Source: Tubiluchus corallicola (taxonomy: Eukaryota > Animalia > Priapulida). From it: 64,000 bases of DNA. Location: positions 62,001 to 126,000 of the forward strand of contig JAQGDQ010000188.1 of the NCBI GenBank assembly GCA_030141605.1, given 5' to 3'. Under the pieces are notes generated by a model. That model saw only the letters and a list, made by a program, of their open reading frames with translations, ran no database searches and was not told the origin of the DNA. Made by a program: the position numbers and the translations under genes. Positions 1-15,482 of this stretch are shown in pieces. The first letter of the stretch is position 1. Each line of letters opens with the position of its first letter.

Positions 1-3000
1 AACATTTTATCTTGGGGTAGGGTAACCACTGGCAAAGTAATGCTTTTTTTTGCTAGCAAGAAGCTGTGTGTGCGGATGGAATCTCTTCATAGTAAGACAA
101 GATTTTTTCATCCAGGATTCTAGGCATCTATAAGAAATAAGCTGAAGCTAAAATTTCGGAATTTCGCTATAATTTTCTTATCTCCATTTACTATAATAAT
201 ATTCACTATATTGATGGTTCCGGTGTTGTTGGGAATCCCGATCCCGAACATTTCGTCCCGAACACCTCGAACTCAATTTCCCAAACCCGAACTGCTAATC
301 TCGACCCGATCACCACACACTCTTCATGTGCAGCGACAAAAAGATTGCGATCAATTTATAATGACAGTTATCACAAGGAAAAACCCAAACACTAGTAATT
401 CTGAAAAAAAGTGTAGGGCTAAGACTTTGTCCGCGTATTCCTCAGTATATCTTTCGTGCGTATCAGGTTACAGTTCCGATGCACAGAATTACGCCTACAC
501 CGAGTTTAACCTTTATCAGGGATGCTTTTTGTGATAAGTTTTGATAGTATTATGTTCACTCTATAACAATTCAGAAATATTTCTGTTCTCCGTCACGATT
601 GGTGCTCATGCTTACAAAGTCTGTCACGCGCATTTATTGGTTTATAACAGCCTGAGTACTAGATTTCAGTGAATTAGCCTAAACTGCAGCTTAGGTTTGG
701 ACTTGAGATTGGATTAGCACAATTACCAATTTTCACACTTACCACTTGAGTTTTATTCCATTAATATCATGTTTTCTTTAAATAGGCCTACGTGCACAGT
801 TTGCTACGCTGCAAGCCAATAATGTTATTATTTTTATTGCACAATACTTGGTAAAAAAAAATAGCGTAGCCGTGGGACAGGCCTGTACAAATGCACACCA
901 AATTCCTCTTTTAAGAAGCGATTGCCCCTTGTCTTGAACAAGTACCAGTACCATTTGGGTCATAAATAAAGTTATACATAAGAACTTTTGACAAGTTAGG
1001 CAGTTAAACATAGCAATTCCTTGGTAAACTTATCAAATAAAAGTTAACTGTCTAATACTCGTATGTAAGCATTTGTATCTTAAGGCAAAATTGTTCCTGG
1101 CTCATCTGCAAGCTTTTCTGTGGCAGGAGCTAGTTCTTTCTACAGTATAGCATTTTAATACTGGGGTAAGGACTTAGACAAAATAAAGGTTAACCTAACT
1201 CACTATTGTATTTGTATGTTATAGGGCTTAATGATCAGGCGTTTGAGTGTCACTGTGCCTCCCAAAAGTCAGCTTTTGCTTTTCTTCTTTTTTCTCATAG
1301 ATGACTGCAACAACAACAACAGTAACACAACAACGTGATGTACAAGACCGAATGAATGTAAAATGTTAAACGAAATCGCTCGTAAGGCCAACGTATTCAA
1401 ACTTCAAAGCCATACGCGCACGAAATGCTAAAAGTTTAAGTTAAGAATAACAAAACCATCTGACTCCATTACACACAAGCAGTTTGGGAATGGTACACAA
1501 ATAGCTTCAGACTGATAGTGGCCATCCCTTTTCTTGTTCCAAATATAAAGAAAGGTCATAAATCCTAACGTGCTAAATTCTTGAGCTCACAAATTCCTAA
1601 GAAATTAAAACATGATTGGGTATGATTTCAATCAGTAATGCGTAAACACTTACTGAACTATTTAATTTCTGTATCATTAAATACAAGTATGATGTCCAAT
1701 GAATTTATTTTCTATTTAGTCTGATTTCTATTCCTTGGTCAGTTTGACAACTTACGATTACTGTATCTCTCACCACAGATTTATAGAATTATTTAAATCT
1801 GTACTAGTTGTTAAATCAATGTAGTACATATTGTAATTTTTGTTTTTATATAAAAGGTATTTTAAAAGTATATAAACTGTATAGACAAATTGTAGATTAA
1901 ACGAGCACATATAGAGAAAACTATGCGCTAGACCAATTAAACATAATGTTGCATTAACCTATGCATGTCTCCAGTAGCCTTAAAACTTAAGAGCCTTAAA
2001 ATATGTTAATTTACAGGTTCTCCGATGTGGCGCACATTTACTATGGGAACACTTATAAATGGGCACACATAAGATATTAAAAACAATAATGTGAATTAGC
2101 GCTTTACGACAAACGTAATTATTGAATTAATATATAATAAGTACTGAAAAGCACGTAAAACTACTTTCCCTAATTTTATATACCAATCGGAAGTTAATTT
2201 CAGTTTGCCAAGAAATAAATAAATGCATAAATAAATAAATAGTAGCCAATAGTTACTAAATTTTCTTAACAGATTCATTTCAGAGTAGCCATGTTTAGAG
2301 AGTTATAAGTGTAACACCTACTGCTTGTAAAAGTTAACGCTTAATGCACAGGTAACCAGAGCACAGGTTAGTTATTTAATTACCTAACTCTGAAGTCTAT
2401 AAAAGATATAGTCTGTCCGTGGTAACTACCATAAATGCTCTTTATAAGCAAATCATTTATCTACATTCTGACACACTGTTTAATATTATACTAACTACCG
2501 CAGTATCAACAGGTGTGGCACATAGCAAAGCACTTCTTTACAGTTTAAATGCAAAACTATCTGTTTTTTGTCTGTTTAATTATAACTATCTGTTTAATTA
2601 TAACTTACCGAATTTTCGTGTGCTGTACAAAGCTTTCATTCTTGGCTTCCAAACATCTCAATTTGAAGTTCGCAAGGTTTGTCGGGGCATCTCAACAGGT
2701 ACAAAGATAATCCTCTGATAACATGTAATTTAACATGACCTTTTCATGATACCTGTATAGTTTCACTTGCAAACAAGCTCATGAGAAGTTAAGGAACGGC
2801 GACCCAAACGCTTACTGTGAGGACTGTACTGCTGCGAGCTGCGAAGTTCGATCGAGTTGGCAGCACTAAGCAACGTATCACCGACTTACAGTTAACATGT
2901 GACCAAAGTTAGTAAGATCTACATTCTCTAGAAGTACATTTTTGAACCCCAGTAGCTAACATCTATACTATAATATCTAAAGTAAAGAAATTTTTATGAA

Positions 3001-6000
3001 GAATGAAGTAAAGAATTACTCACATGAAGTCATTCTACTTACTACCTCGGTAACAGGTTAAACTCGATTAGTTAATTATCTAATTAGGCCGGTAACTCTT
3101 GTGATTATTATTTCCGCAAGTCGTTATAAACGCGCTATCCACAACAAGTAACTACACATCGCTTATCACTGCACTGTCCAGTGCACTATCCACCACTTCA
3201 CGTTGTTTACCCCGAATGGCCTGCAAAGTAACAAATAGTTAAGTAGTATTTAGTGCCCGCATGGAGTAGGTTAATAATACTGGCTCTATATAGGTCTAAG
3301 TAAACCTGTAGATTTCTCATGACAAAAACGATTCTTGCCACTCATTACTGTTCATATGAAGCATTAAATGACATACCTGCATAAGACAGCGTAATGAATC
3401 TCTCTGAAACAAGAAGGTAACTAATAATTTATACGATAATACAAACCATCTGTATATAGACAGATCTAGACTAGCTGGTCCAATTAGTTCACCATCAACA
3501 GATGGCGCAACAAGGTTGGGTTTGTAAACTTCTTATTTTTTACAATACTTAAGATTGAAAACTAAGATAAAAATATTTTAAACAAAAAATAGCCTGTTTT
3601 TTAACAAATCGATTGTAAACAACTATCTAGACTTTGATAAAGCATAAGATCTATCTAGGAGTGTATAGTAGGTACAGTTCGGCACAGTGTAGCCAGAAGC
3701 CATTATTCAACGTCCTCGTCGTCCTGTTTCTAATGTCGAAAACGTTGGCTGAAGAATCAAGAATAATCTTTTACAGGTGAGCTACTGAACCGTCAGAAGT
3801 GTCTTTGCAACACTTATGTATGCACGCATCTTCCCTCCACGTGAAAAAGTCAGAGCTAGTACGACAGATGAAACTGTGCTCAGATGAATTTTCCCAGCGG
3901 TCACTCATCCAGTTATTTACTCAGGCGCGACAATGCCTAACTTCGCTGCTTAAAACATACTTTGCCTACTCAGCTATATTCATGGTCCTTAAATTCAAAC
4001 ATGTTTAAAATCTTGACTAAAGTGAGCTGAAGCTACTACACGGCTTGTCAAAAATTTTCATGCAGACAATTGAACATATCTTTATTCATGTAGTCTGTTA
4101 AAGTGGGAATTCACGAAATTGACAGCATATTAATTAACTGCGCAGAAAGATAATTAGGAAAATTTGCTATAGTAAAGTTACTGCATAATAGAATTATTAC
4201 ACGCAGAATTTTTGATATAAGGCACGATCTAACAATATTTGCGAACTCACAAAAATGAAATAAAAACATGCTCTCGTTTCTTCCAAAATCGTCTTCAAAT
4301 ATGCGCGTACTTCCCATTTTCATGGAGCATTACAGTATCTAATGAAGTTTTCGAATTTTATCATTCCGATTAGAACACAACTTGGACTTTTAAGCCTGCA
4401 AAAGATCGCCATTGTTTTAATTGTAATTGTAGTGAACATGGCACGTTTTCTCATATTATTTGATTACTGATTTAAAACAATCATTATCATCTTCGTAACT
4501 TTATTCCAACGTGGTCTGAAGTAGAAAATGTCATTTAACAACAATAAATCGCCATTAAGTACGTTAATACATTTTAACTTGAATTATTTTTTGGTAGTGG
4601 TTCATAGTAATTCCATTAAGTCACCATTGACAGTTTTAGAGGCCGTTTTGTGGGTATTTCACTGTGGTTTGATTCACATGTAGTATAGTTGCGAAGAATT
4701 ATTTAAAACACTCACTAAAACAAAACTTGATTTGTTTTTATCGGCTAATTGCTTGCAATATAGAGTAAATGCAAGAAAGTACAAACTTGTATTCACTTGT
4801 AGTAAGATTTTTTAAAAAAAGTTTGAGGCTACAAATACCTGTCTATCACTTAGCGCACACTGTCCTATAATGTCGTTACATCTGCTAAGGTACTAAATAG
4901 ACAAAATTATCAGAAATCTACTATTTAATTGCAGCAGATAAGCAAAGAATAGACGCTCTATCTGCTAGCCTATGCAACCGACACCAACTCACTCTTTATT
5001 CTGTGTACCAGCTCCATTCACTAAAAAAGTTTTGCTATAATTTATGTACTTACGTGTCGGTGGTGTCACCTATCGACAAAGTGTTGATTTAATTGTAGCT
5101 GTTGCAGCATTTTAGTGATTAATCTAAAATTCTAAATCAACAAAAACATTTGTACAACTTGTCATTAAAAAATTGTATCTTGCCGTCTGTACGTAAATAA
5201 ACATTAGAAAAATATTTGTTTACGTATAATTAGTTCATTATTGTATTGTCTGCTACCTCTGCTTTAGCTTGTTTGTTAAAATTCTACAAGTTATAAAACA
5301 TTCTTCAAATTCTAAATTGTTTATCTAAATTAGATTGTACCACCTTTCTTTGTTATTATGGATTGTATATTGCATTCAATCAGAACATAGGTTTATTTGG
5401 TGTGTTGCCGTAATAGGACAAAACGTCAACTACAGCAATTTCGCGGGGGTGGCGGGGGCGACTAAAGATTCTTATTTTTCAAAATAGAGATGTGAGAAAT
5501 ACGCGATGTGATTTCATGACAACCGGTGTGTGGGTGGCTTCTATCGTAACTGAAAAGCTACTTTCTTTAGTAAAATAATAAGAAAAAGTAATTATTCAAA
5601 TGGCAGGGCTAGTTCTCGAAATCAGGCCAGTATTCTGTAACACTCAGTGAAAGCACTTAAAGTACTACTGCAGTGAGCACTGAGCAGCCAACACCTTTAT
5701 AAATAGTTTCCGGGTCTGTATATAGTCGTTACGAAATTTTCGAACTTCACTTTGCCTTTAAGCAACAAGACCGGTTTAAGAGCGAGATGGAGGAAGAGAA
5801 GGTACTCGTCGCGAAACTTGCAAGTCTAATAACACCGTAAGGCATGTAGCTTCAGTTATCTGTGAGTTTAAAAATGGTCATCGAACTTTGCACGGGCGCA
5901 CGGCAAAAGGCGTGGCCGGTGGCTAAAGTGCGTTTTTTTCTAGTTTAGGCCTAATCTGTGCACATTCTTACAAAGGTCAATTTTCTCACGCCTTGGTCAG

Positions 6001-7537
6001 AAGGAACTTAGTGTGGGGCAGGTAAATGAAATTAAAAAAGTATTTGCATCTGCTCAATGTATTCACAAAATTAATGATCCTAATTCTGTGAAACGAGCTT
6101 ATTAATCCCTAGTTTTACAACATGTGAACTCTACAACCTCAACCGCACTGCTATAACCTCAATAGTTTCTCCAATCAGGAAAGATTTTTGAAAACCTTAA
6201 ACAATTAATCATAACCAAGCTAGAATAAAATTTACATGTTGCCTTAAAAATGAAAAAAATACTTGCTCTTCCTCAATATTTAGTTGCATTCAAATACGCC
6301 TGAAACAATTTTTTATTTTGAAAATGGTGCCTCTACTTTTGATTTACCCTTGTTTTGTGCTCAAATAACAGTATTTAGGTAAGAAATTGTTCCCACATGA
6401 CTCACAACGATGTCTACCACTAGTAGTTTTCAAAGTGCAGTGTAACATTCAATGATCGTAGTTGGGTGACTGACTCTCAAAATTATTTACACGGCTGCCA
6501 TGCTAAAACCACTGACTCTAAAAGTTTTAACTGTTTGCTTAAACATTAGAAGCTACTGTCAGTTAATGAGTTATAATTTACTTATTTGCACATTTGTAAA
6601 TGCAGGGGTTAATGTGTTAGTCAAGTGTTACTTTTCCCAAGCATAAACAGTTTCGGGCCAGTGACCAACGCCTTTCAAAGCGCCCATTGTTAAGACTTAG
6701 TCTTAAACTTCAATTACCTTCTATTATTTTAAGTAACCTGTTCTTGCGAAATAAAGTGATCACATCAGCTGTATTAGCAATTACTACCAATTTAGCTGTA
6801 CAAATTTCACGTCACTTGCACAGAGTGGGTTGGAGCTAATTTAGGTGTAAGACAGCAGCTAACGGGTGAGATATATAGCCGAGTAGTCAAGAGGTTTGGT
6901 TAACAACCATGTTTAAGCAACGCTGGGCCTGGTGGTAAATGAATAAGTGACAGCTAGGGAGAAATGGCCGTTTATCTTCATCGAGGACGAGGGGAATGTA
7001 TGTGGCCAAAAGCATCTCAACCAGTTTAGTGTCTCGTCTTAAATTAGATACCGGTGTTGCCACAAGCACAACAACACAACAGTTGAGCAACGCTTGCAAA
7101 CCGCGTAACGGTACAGAAAGTGTCTCGTTAGTTGATATGTTCGTTCAACATGATTTACTAGTTACCCAGTTATGAATGACAATATGTTCTGTGTAATACT
7201 TTACTGAATTGGAAAACTAGGGTGAATGTTTATAACAGGTCTCGTCCACAACGTAGCAACAAATGACATTCCCCACTGTGATGACACCTCAGTCTTGGCG
7301 ATATGCACTGTATAGCTAGTGTATGCGTAACATGTACTTTAGAAAACCAGTTATGTGATTACCCACGCTTGAGAGCGTCAGTAAGCAGCCCAACACCCGG
7401 ACATGTTGAATTCGTCCGCAGGGTAGCAGTATAGTGAATGAATTCCAATTTGCTGAACTTTCAGAAGAATGAGGTGTTGATTTCTCAGGTGAAAATTTTC
7501 CGTTCTTTTTAAAAAAACTTATAAAACTACAGACAAC

Positions 7538-7901
7538 ATGTGTAAGAGCAATACGTGCGCGACCGTTATGCTGGCTTTTGCCACCATCTTTCTTCTTGCT
7601 GGAGTTATTATTGTTGGATTGGGATTTGCTACTGATAATTGGTTAATCTTCACTGTAGACAGAAATTCTGTAATTAACGCGTATCTTGCCACCGAGCCAT
7701 CTCTAGATCGCGATCAACTCTCTGCTATCTTGGCAAGATACGCAGAAGACGGTGGTTCGGAACTAACGCCCAGTGCTTTGTTAAACGAGCTTGGGCAAAA
7801 TGAGAACTTATATGGATGGGCGGTGTACGAGCAATATGTTAACAGAACTCGTGGTCTTTGGCATGTATGCTTTCCCGACTTGATTCCATATCTACCTTAC
7901 G
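7538..7901 (+). CDS. claudin-like coding exon 1 (TM1, ECL1 with W..GLW..C)
   Basis: ATG at 7538; donor G|gtaagt at 7901/7902; upstream acceptor tttctcag at 7488. Confidence 0.85.
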
Positions 7902-10900
7902 GTAAGTAATTGATATACAATTTGTGGATACGTATTCGTGTTATGAAACCAAAAGCATAACGTCTCGTTGTTCTAGAATCCTGGGATCTAGAATCTAGAA
8001 TAGATTGTACTGTACTGTACTGTACTGTACTGTACTGTACTATACTATACTATACTATACTATACTATACTATACTATACTATACTATACTATACTATAC
8101 TATACTATACTATACTATACTATACTATACTATACCATACTATACTATACTACACTATAAGATACCATACCATATTATACCACACTACACTATACTACAC
8201 TGTACTATACTACACTATACTATACTTTACGTTGATAACATTGGTAATTTAGTTGTAAAGATCTCTCCTATATTAATATTAATAAATATTAAATATCATA
8301 TAATGTCATTTTTCATCAATAGACCGTTTGTATTCACAAACATTAGTGTATTTCACTACTTGATTATGAGAAGTAAAGTTTTTATCAGAAAATCATACAT
8401 AACTTCACATTATGACAAAAAAACATCTCAGAAAAATATTGAACATTAGCCGCGCCCATTAATGGCACTGTATAATGTTGATACGTTTCCAGGGTCAACA
8501 CTTTTCGCCCACAATGATTCAAATATTTTTGGGAGCCATAAAATTCTGGCCTTTAGGTCAGTATATGACATTGTGCATGAGTATTTCCCTATTGTTTTGC
8601 CTAGGGCAAATATTGCCTGATACTTGCTGAGGGGGAAAGAAGAAATATGTTGTAATCAGGTATTTGGCTTTTATTATAGCTGTAGCAGCAATCACTGTAG
8701 CAATAAAATGATCTAATGCCAAAAAAAGAAAAATTTGAACTTGCTGTGTCTATGGCTATAGTTGTTTCTTTGGTTTTTTATTCCCATAAGACATAAATCA
8801 GATATTAAAGCAGATAGGGTTTTGAAAGTGAGTTTAACCAAACTGATCAAACAGTGAACGGAGCTCATTAATTCACTCAATTGTGCACTCAAATGAAAAA
8901 AACTGGAAAAAATTACGAAATGTCTTAAATTTTTGCAACCAAACCCATGAAAATTTTGTCATTTCATAGACACACATCTGTTTTGAAAGGTAAGCCGGCT
9001 TGTATAGTGTTTAAAAGTGAGGCAAGCAGTTAGAAGCCTGGTAAATTTTACTGGAATATCATTTAAAATCGCCAAAGAAAAATAAATTTTATTTTAATTA
9101 GTATTGATATGCAGTCGAACAATGCGCTTTTACGAAATTTCCACCTACGCGGAATATACTTTAACGTTTAATTAATTGTTCCATTTTTCCAAAAAATTAA
9201 TGGGTCTCTTTCATGTTTAATTATATGAAACTGCCATACGTATATAGAACACAGAGAGGGGTCATGAAGTGTAGTCACTGGCATTTATTCTCTCCGCTAT
9301 ACTGCGTGCTCGTTCAAGGGTAATTTTCTTAATTACATATAAGCTTACGTTTCCTTATAAATTTAGGTTAAATTTCGTTAAGGTTAAAGAAATTCAAAGT
9401 AGAAAAGGGGTTAGTGTTGTGATGCAGAACAGAAAACATTGTCCATTGTCCAAGTTTGTCGTCCCCAATAAAACATCTCGCATGTATAAAAACCAAGTAT
9501 TGTTTATTTTGCATTACAATAGTGAAGGTAAATTGGCCGTTATTGGATTAATTACCATAATGTCTTACTAGAAAAGTATACACTAAACTTGTTGCTCACT
9601 TAGCTACAAACAGGGATACGTTAACGTGGATTTATTTTCCTATATAATCATATTATCCTATTTTACTATATAATCATATTTCCTCATTCATCATCAATAA
9701 CCATGTACACTAAAAGCCCCTTAAATATTTCTTTAATTAAGAGAATGTCTGATCTTCTATATAGTGCTGTATACAATCGATCTATTTAGAAAACGCGTCC
9801 CTGGAACATCAACATTGTACAAATTATGATAAACACAATTCTTCTTTTCATAAAAAATGTGTATTTGTTTATTTTGTTTTAATACACGTCTCATTTGTAT
9901 GTAAATATTTACTATAATTGTCCGTTACTCAGTGCTCGAAATCAATTACTGTTCCAGTTTGGGTTAAGATTGCTTAATTATCTTAGTTAAACAAATTACA
10001 AATGCCGTCCTTCAATCAGTAATCCTCTCTCAGCAGTTTATACAGTTTACGTTCTTAGCTTTTTTTCATTTTCAGTATAATTGTACATGTACCTACCATA
10101 TGATGATGCTATTAACAATATTTGTGTTAACACTTTGTATTTTTCATTTCGCGATGAAACTATTATATTTATAATTTTAGGCCTGCCAGTTAATTTTACT
10201 ATGTATATTAGTGTAGAATGCTGCAGCAAATTGTGTTATTTAATTTTTATAAGTGAGGTGAGATAATAAAATGATGATGGTTCATAGCAATTGCGAACAG
10301 GTTTCTTACAAAGGGATTAAAATTTTGGAGTTCATCGAGCTACATAGTTCAATAGACCTATGTATAAATACGGTACATGCTCATCAGGCGTGGAACCGAT
10401 ACTGTTAATTATCATGTCATAATGTAATTATGATGAAAAAATTCCCATTCCTTGCGCGTGCAAATATTGTTTGGGTTTTTAATCTGAAGCGTTACTGATG
10501 TAAATGATATTTTCGGATTACGAAAAATCTGAACTTGATCAAGTAGAATAAAAGAAAACCCAAAAAGTCACTTAGATTGTGATATGATGATCATGAATAT
10601 TCAAGATGTCCAGCAGCATTACGCTCCGTAGTACTACTGCAAATAAGTACATTATATAGGCTCATGTGATGGTAAAATTTTAAGTGATAGTCTTATTGTT
10701 TCGCCGTTATATTTCAAAACGAAATTCGAAAGTTGCAGTGTTAAGCATCAAAACGAAGTTTAAAATATACTGTGTTTTTATTGCAGGCGAAATTATGAAG
10801 ACACCTTTAGATACGTTATGTCGAAAAATACAGTTCACAAACGAGGAAGATTACAACACAGATGAATCTACAAGAATACGTAAGTGCAGTGCGTCACTAT

Positions 10901-13900
10901 AATGTCCCAATATTTACATGTAGACTCGTAATGTGAAATCAGAATGTGATTTCAAAATGTGAAATTTTTGGCAATAACTGGTGTCTTCTCGCTGTTAAAA
11001 GTAGGAGATGTCATAACTTTTGCAACTAAGAAATTGAAAATCGCTGCACAAGGATTGAGTGGAAAATAGAAAGGAAAAAGGAAATTCCAAAAGAATGAAC
11101 GGAGGAGGTTAGAGAAAGGGTTAAGAAAGAGAAACGGAGAGCAAATAAGACAATTGCGGGATCTATAAGTCACAGGGTCATCGTATTGTCAGAATCTCTA
11201 CGTAGTAGTGTAACTATGTACTGTGTCATAATATTAATATTCAAATTTTTGCTCCAAAAGAAGGATGAAAGATCTGTAACAGTCAGTCCATTACACAAAC
11301 CTTCATATTGTCCGAAATAAAATTAATCCACGTGATTAAGTATATATTTGAAAAAAATGACTAGTTTTAGGTAAAATTGAACCAGTTTAATTGCTAGAAT
11401 CCATTCATCAAACATCTTCAGTAGCATACTGTACATGTTCATATTATGTATGCTTGTCCTTATAATCTGAAGCAATGAGCAATAATATTGTCATTTGACT
11501 GGTTGCTTCCTGTATATAAAATTAGCAGCGTGTAATAGAAGGAAATTTGTCTCTTGTCGTTCTATAGGTCACAACTGTGAAATCATCATGCAATTATTTG
11601 CGTTAAAATGATGATAAGTGTTCATTTCAACATGATTCAATACAGGCTTTAATGCGAAAATTGAATAATAATTGATACGTTTATAAATAATAAACTGACA
11701 GGTTGACCCCGAAACGCATAGTCAGACCTTGAAACTACGGCTTTGATCCTAAATTAGTACCTGCTGGTTAAATTATTAGTAATTGTTGCTTATCCCAAAT
11801 GTTGTTTGTATATCACTAGGTGATCAAGATTGCAGCAAGTCTAACATCCTAATACTAACAATAGATTAAAATAAATTCTTTAACTGACTTAATGATTACG
11901 ATGGCTTTGCAATGTTATAGTTCACATCGTTCAGTAATTATTTACTGTCTCTTTCATACGTAGCCTAATCACTGAGTTGCAGATGATTAGCTGCAAGGCA
12001 ACACATATAATTACTTTGAATACTTTCTTGTACAAGATTTTCCCCAGACATTTACGATTATACTGCACCTTAACAGCTTACAGGTTCACTAAAAATGTTA
12101 AAGTCATGACCTATGAAGAAATGTCGCGTGAAGAGAGAGCACGTTAAAAAATTAACATAAACACAGACCTTGCGCATGATTGTAAAGTCAGGAATGCATG
12201 TCGTTTTACTCTTGTGAAAAGCAACTGCCCAAGGCGATTCCACGATAGTGACCAAAAATTAGAGATAAATCTTCCAGTACCGGGATGCAAAAACGTGGCA
12301 AAAACATAATGAAAATAATTATTACGCGCAAGAATTCGTCTATAGATTTAGGGTTTCTGCACCATAACAATGCCTATGTTTAGGCACAAAGTAGAAGCAA
12401 GAGAACTGTCGAAGAAATATCTCAGTTATATGGCCAGGAATTAAAGATAGCAATCGAGTAACCCAAAAAAAAACGTTTTTTTCGTTTGATACTTTCACTG
12501 GTGATTTTGCATTTGTTAGTACTCGGTTCTTGCCTATCGGCGGCGGAAGATCCGAAAATCTTGATGTTATTATTCTACCACAGCTAAAAAGTAAAAATAT
12601 GTGTTAAAAATGTCGGAGGTGTGCTTGATGCTGGCGCAAGACAATATGACGTTAGTATCAAATGCCAATGTTGTTTAAATTGTTTTCTTACAAGAATTCC
12701 CAAAATCGCTTAGTTGGAGAATGCTACAATTATCATACGTTAAATTTTTAATGCTGCAATTATAGTCTTTATATAGATAATGTTCCCGAGTTACACTGTT
12801 GATAATTTCATCTTGATTTGTTTTAAAATGTGCAACGAAACAGTTTCCGTTGGCGACCCAAAATTATTTCTGAACAGCGAGGGGGACTCAATAATCACTT
12901 GGTTTTTCAACTTGCAGAGGCGTATTTAATCACCAGACTTGGGCAAATTTTGAAAAAATCCAACGTCTTAAAATTAATATCCATTTTATTAATCTTGTCC
13001 ATGTTGTGAGCCAAACAAATTCTATTTGTGTTCATTTTGCGTAGATAATAGATAATGGACAATTTCTTAGATAATACCTGTTGGTTTCTTTTCAGATTTG
13101 CTTCGCTTGACTCTTGGCTTGTTTGCCGCTGGTTTCTTCCTCTTTCTTGTGGCCTTTCTTACCGGAATGGTTGGATGCTTCAAACGCTCTTCTGGCTTCA
13201 CGTCTTCAACTGGAACTTTGGTTATGTTTGCAGGTAAAAATTTAAATGCAAAGATATTAAAGATTAATACAGGGTAATGATTTGTTGCCAAATAAATCCT
13301 TTTAGGGGTCAGATACAATAAAATTCAAATTTATGCCCTCTGTAAAATGGTTTCATTGATTTGTTACCTTAATGTGTTGGGTGTTGGTTTGTAACTATAA
13401 TGTGAAACTCATTAAAATACATGTTTTATTAGGCAAGTCTTGCCTATTACGTGAACACCTAATAAACACTTATATTGTATTTGTTAAGTGATTTCAAATA
13501 CTTCATTGCATTGCCTTAGAAAAAGACCGAATCAAGATATTGCGCTTTTATTTTTGCTGCTTTTATTTTTTTTGCACGTTGTTCGTTGCGCTGATTTCTT
13601 TAACGCAATTCTGTCAAGAAAAATAGCATTAATAACGGACAGCTTATATAGAATTCATACACACTTAAATGGAAAGCTAACATTTTATCACGCCATATTG
13701 GAAAACTGATATTTTATAAGCAACAATTTAATATACGCCTCGTAATCTTAACTGGACCAGATACAGCGCCTTAACAGTTAGGGTACGTGGTAACGGCTCG
13801 AGTTATGCCCTGAAATTTCATGAAGCATTGCACTTTTTCTTGTATTTCATGAAGCATTACACTTTTTCTTGTATTTCAATGATGACTGTTCTGTATCTCA

Positions 13901-15432
13901 GTTATTTTTCCGCATTCTGAATCGTTTCACTTGTATAATTTTCCATTTTATTTGAACAGCATTGTTCTGTGCTGCTGGTATAGCTGTGTTTCACGGTTAC
14001 GTTTATATGGAAGAACAAGAGCACGTTGATGATGATGAAGAAAATGGAAACCAAATTTTGCGTCCGAGATTTGGATATAAGAAAACATGGAGTCTGGTAC
14101 GTCCAACTGTTTCAACTTATTTTTTTCTGTGTAACATTAGTAACAAAAGAGTTACGCAAGAAAAACTTTGATGCAAATTATTTGTAAGTAGCTCACAGAG
14201 TTATTATTATATTGCTTGTGCTCGGCTACTGAAATTAAACAGTGCCAAGCCTGAAGAATGAAAAACCGCCAGGAAAACTGCTTCTGTACAGTTTATAATG
14301 GCACACTGTTTCTGCCCTTTTTACTTGCTGGTGGAGGGTGTTAATCTAAGCGTGGCTGACACCTCTGGCGCGTAAGTGTCTCATTCTAGTCCTGTAACAA
14401 ATATTAGTATCAGAAATAGGGCCTCCCTTCAAATGCCGAACTGTCAAAGAAATATTATATATAAACGGTGCTTAGGCGGTATGGACAGGGTGCTATTATC
14501 TTTCTTCTTCAGAATTTTCGAACATAAAAACGTCAATCTTTTTTTGGTTTATTGGTAAAAGGCGTTAATGTTTTTTGCAACGTTTAAGAAGACATGAAAG
14601 ATAATTCTGAGCAACTCTCAATGTTTTAATAAAGAGAAATGTGATACAAATTTATGTACCTGTGGACCTGGCGATAATAGTATCTACCACTAGACAAACT
14701 AGGCAGTTGCTTAGGGCGTCAAATTTGCTCGCGCGGGGGGATTCTAGAAGTAGTTCTTTAATTTTTAAGTTTGTCATAAATAATGATGTAGTAAGATACG
14801 CAATTGCTTAGGTGCACTAATTAAATGAAACGAATCCCCCCGCACTATTTTCATTATAAAAAATATGATTCATCCACGATAACATGGAGCTGTCTTCCTG
14901 CAACAAACCTTTCGCTTTACCTGGCTTTCATAGATTTACGACATTTCAGGCAGACACTACTGACGCGTTAACCTATTTTTGTTCATGATTTCTATTGTAT
15001 GCAAGTATGCTTTGAGCAGTTGAGCAGTTTCTTGCAACAGCATTTATCTAATTCTGGCACATGAAGTTATCAGAAATCGAAGCCTTCAACCTCTAAGAAT
15101 TATTGAAGGAAACGAGCGTAAAAAAGCTGGTGGACATTCAATTATTTGCACAGCAAAAGATTCGCTAATACCAGAGCTATAACTGTGAAGATCATGAATA
15201 AACAACTTCAAATTCAAATTCAATAAACACCAAGCTATACGACACTTAATTAATACCGTATAATAAATATATATATATATAAGCCTAACACTCGGGTACC
15301 ATTATAGTATAAAAAAATTCAATTTTAAGGGTGTGGACCGTGGAGAAAACGATATCATATCAAACATGTATTGTATAATGCACCACAAGCAGTCACTAAG
15401 CCGCATTTCATATAACAGCCCTTGTAACAATG

Positions 15433-15482
<50 letters not shown>

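Noticed and set aside
211-7100. Short ORFs in the first 7 kb
   Set aside because: No recognisable domains or consistent exon chain; treated as intergenic, UTR or intron sequence
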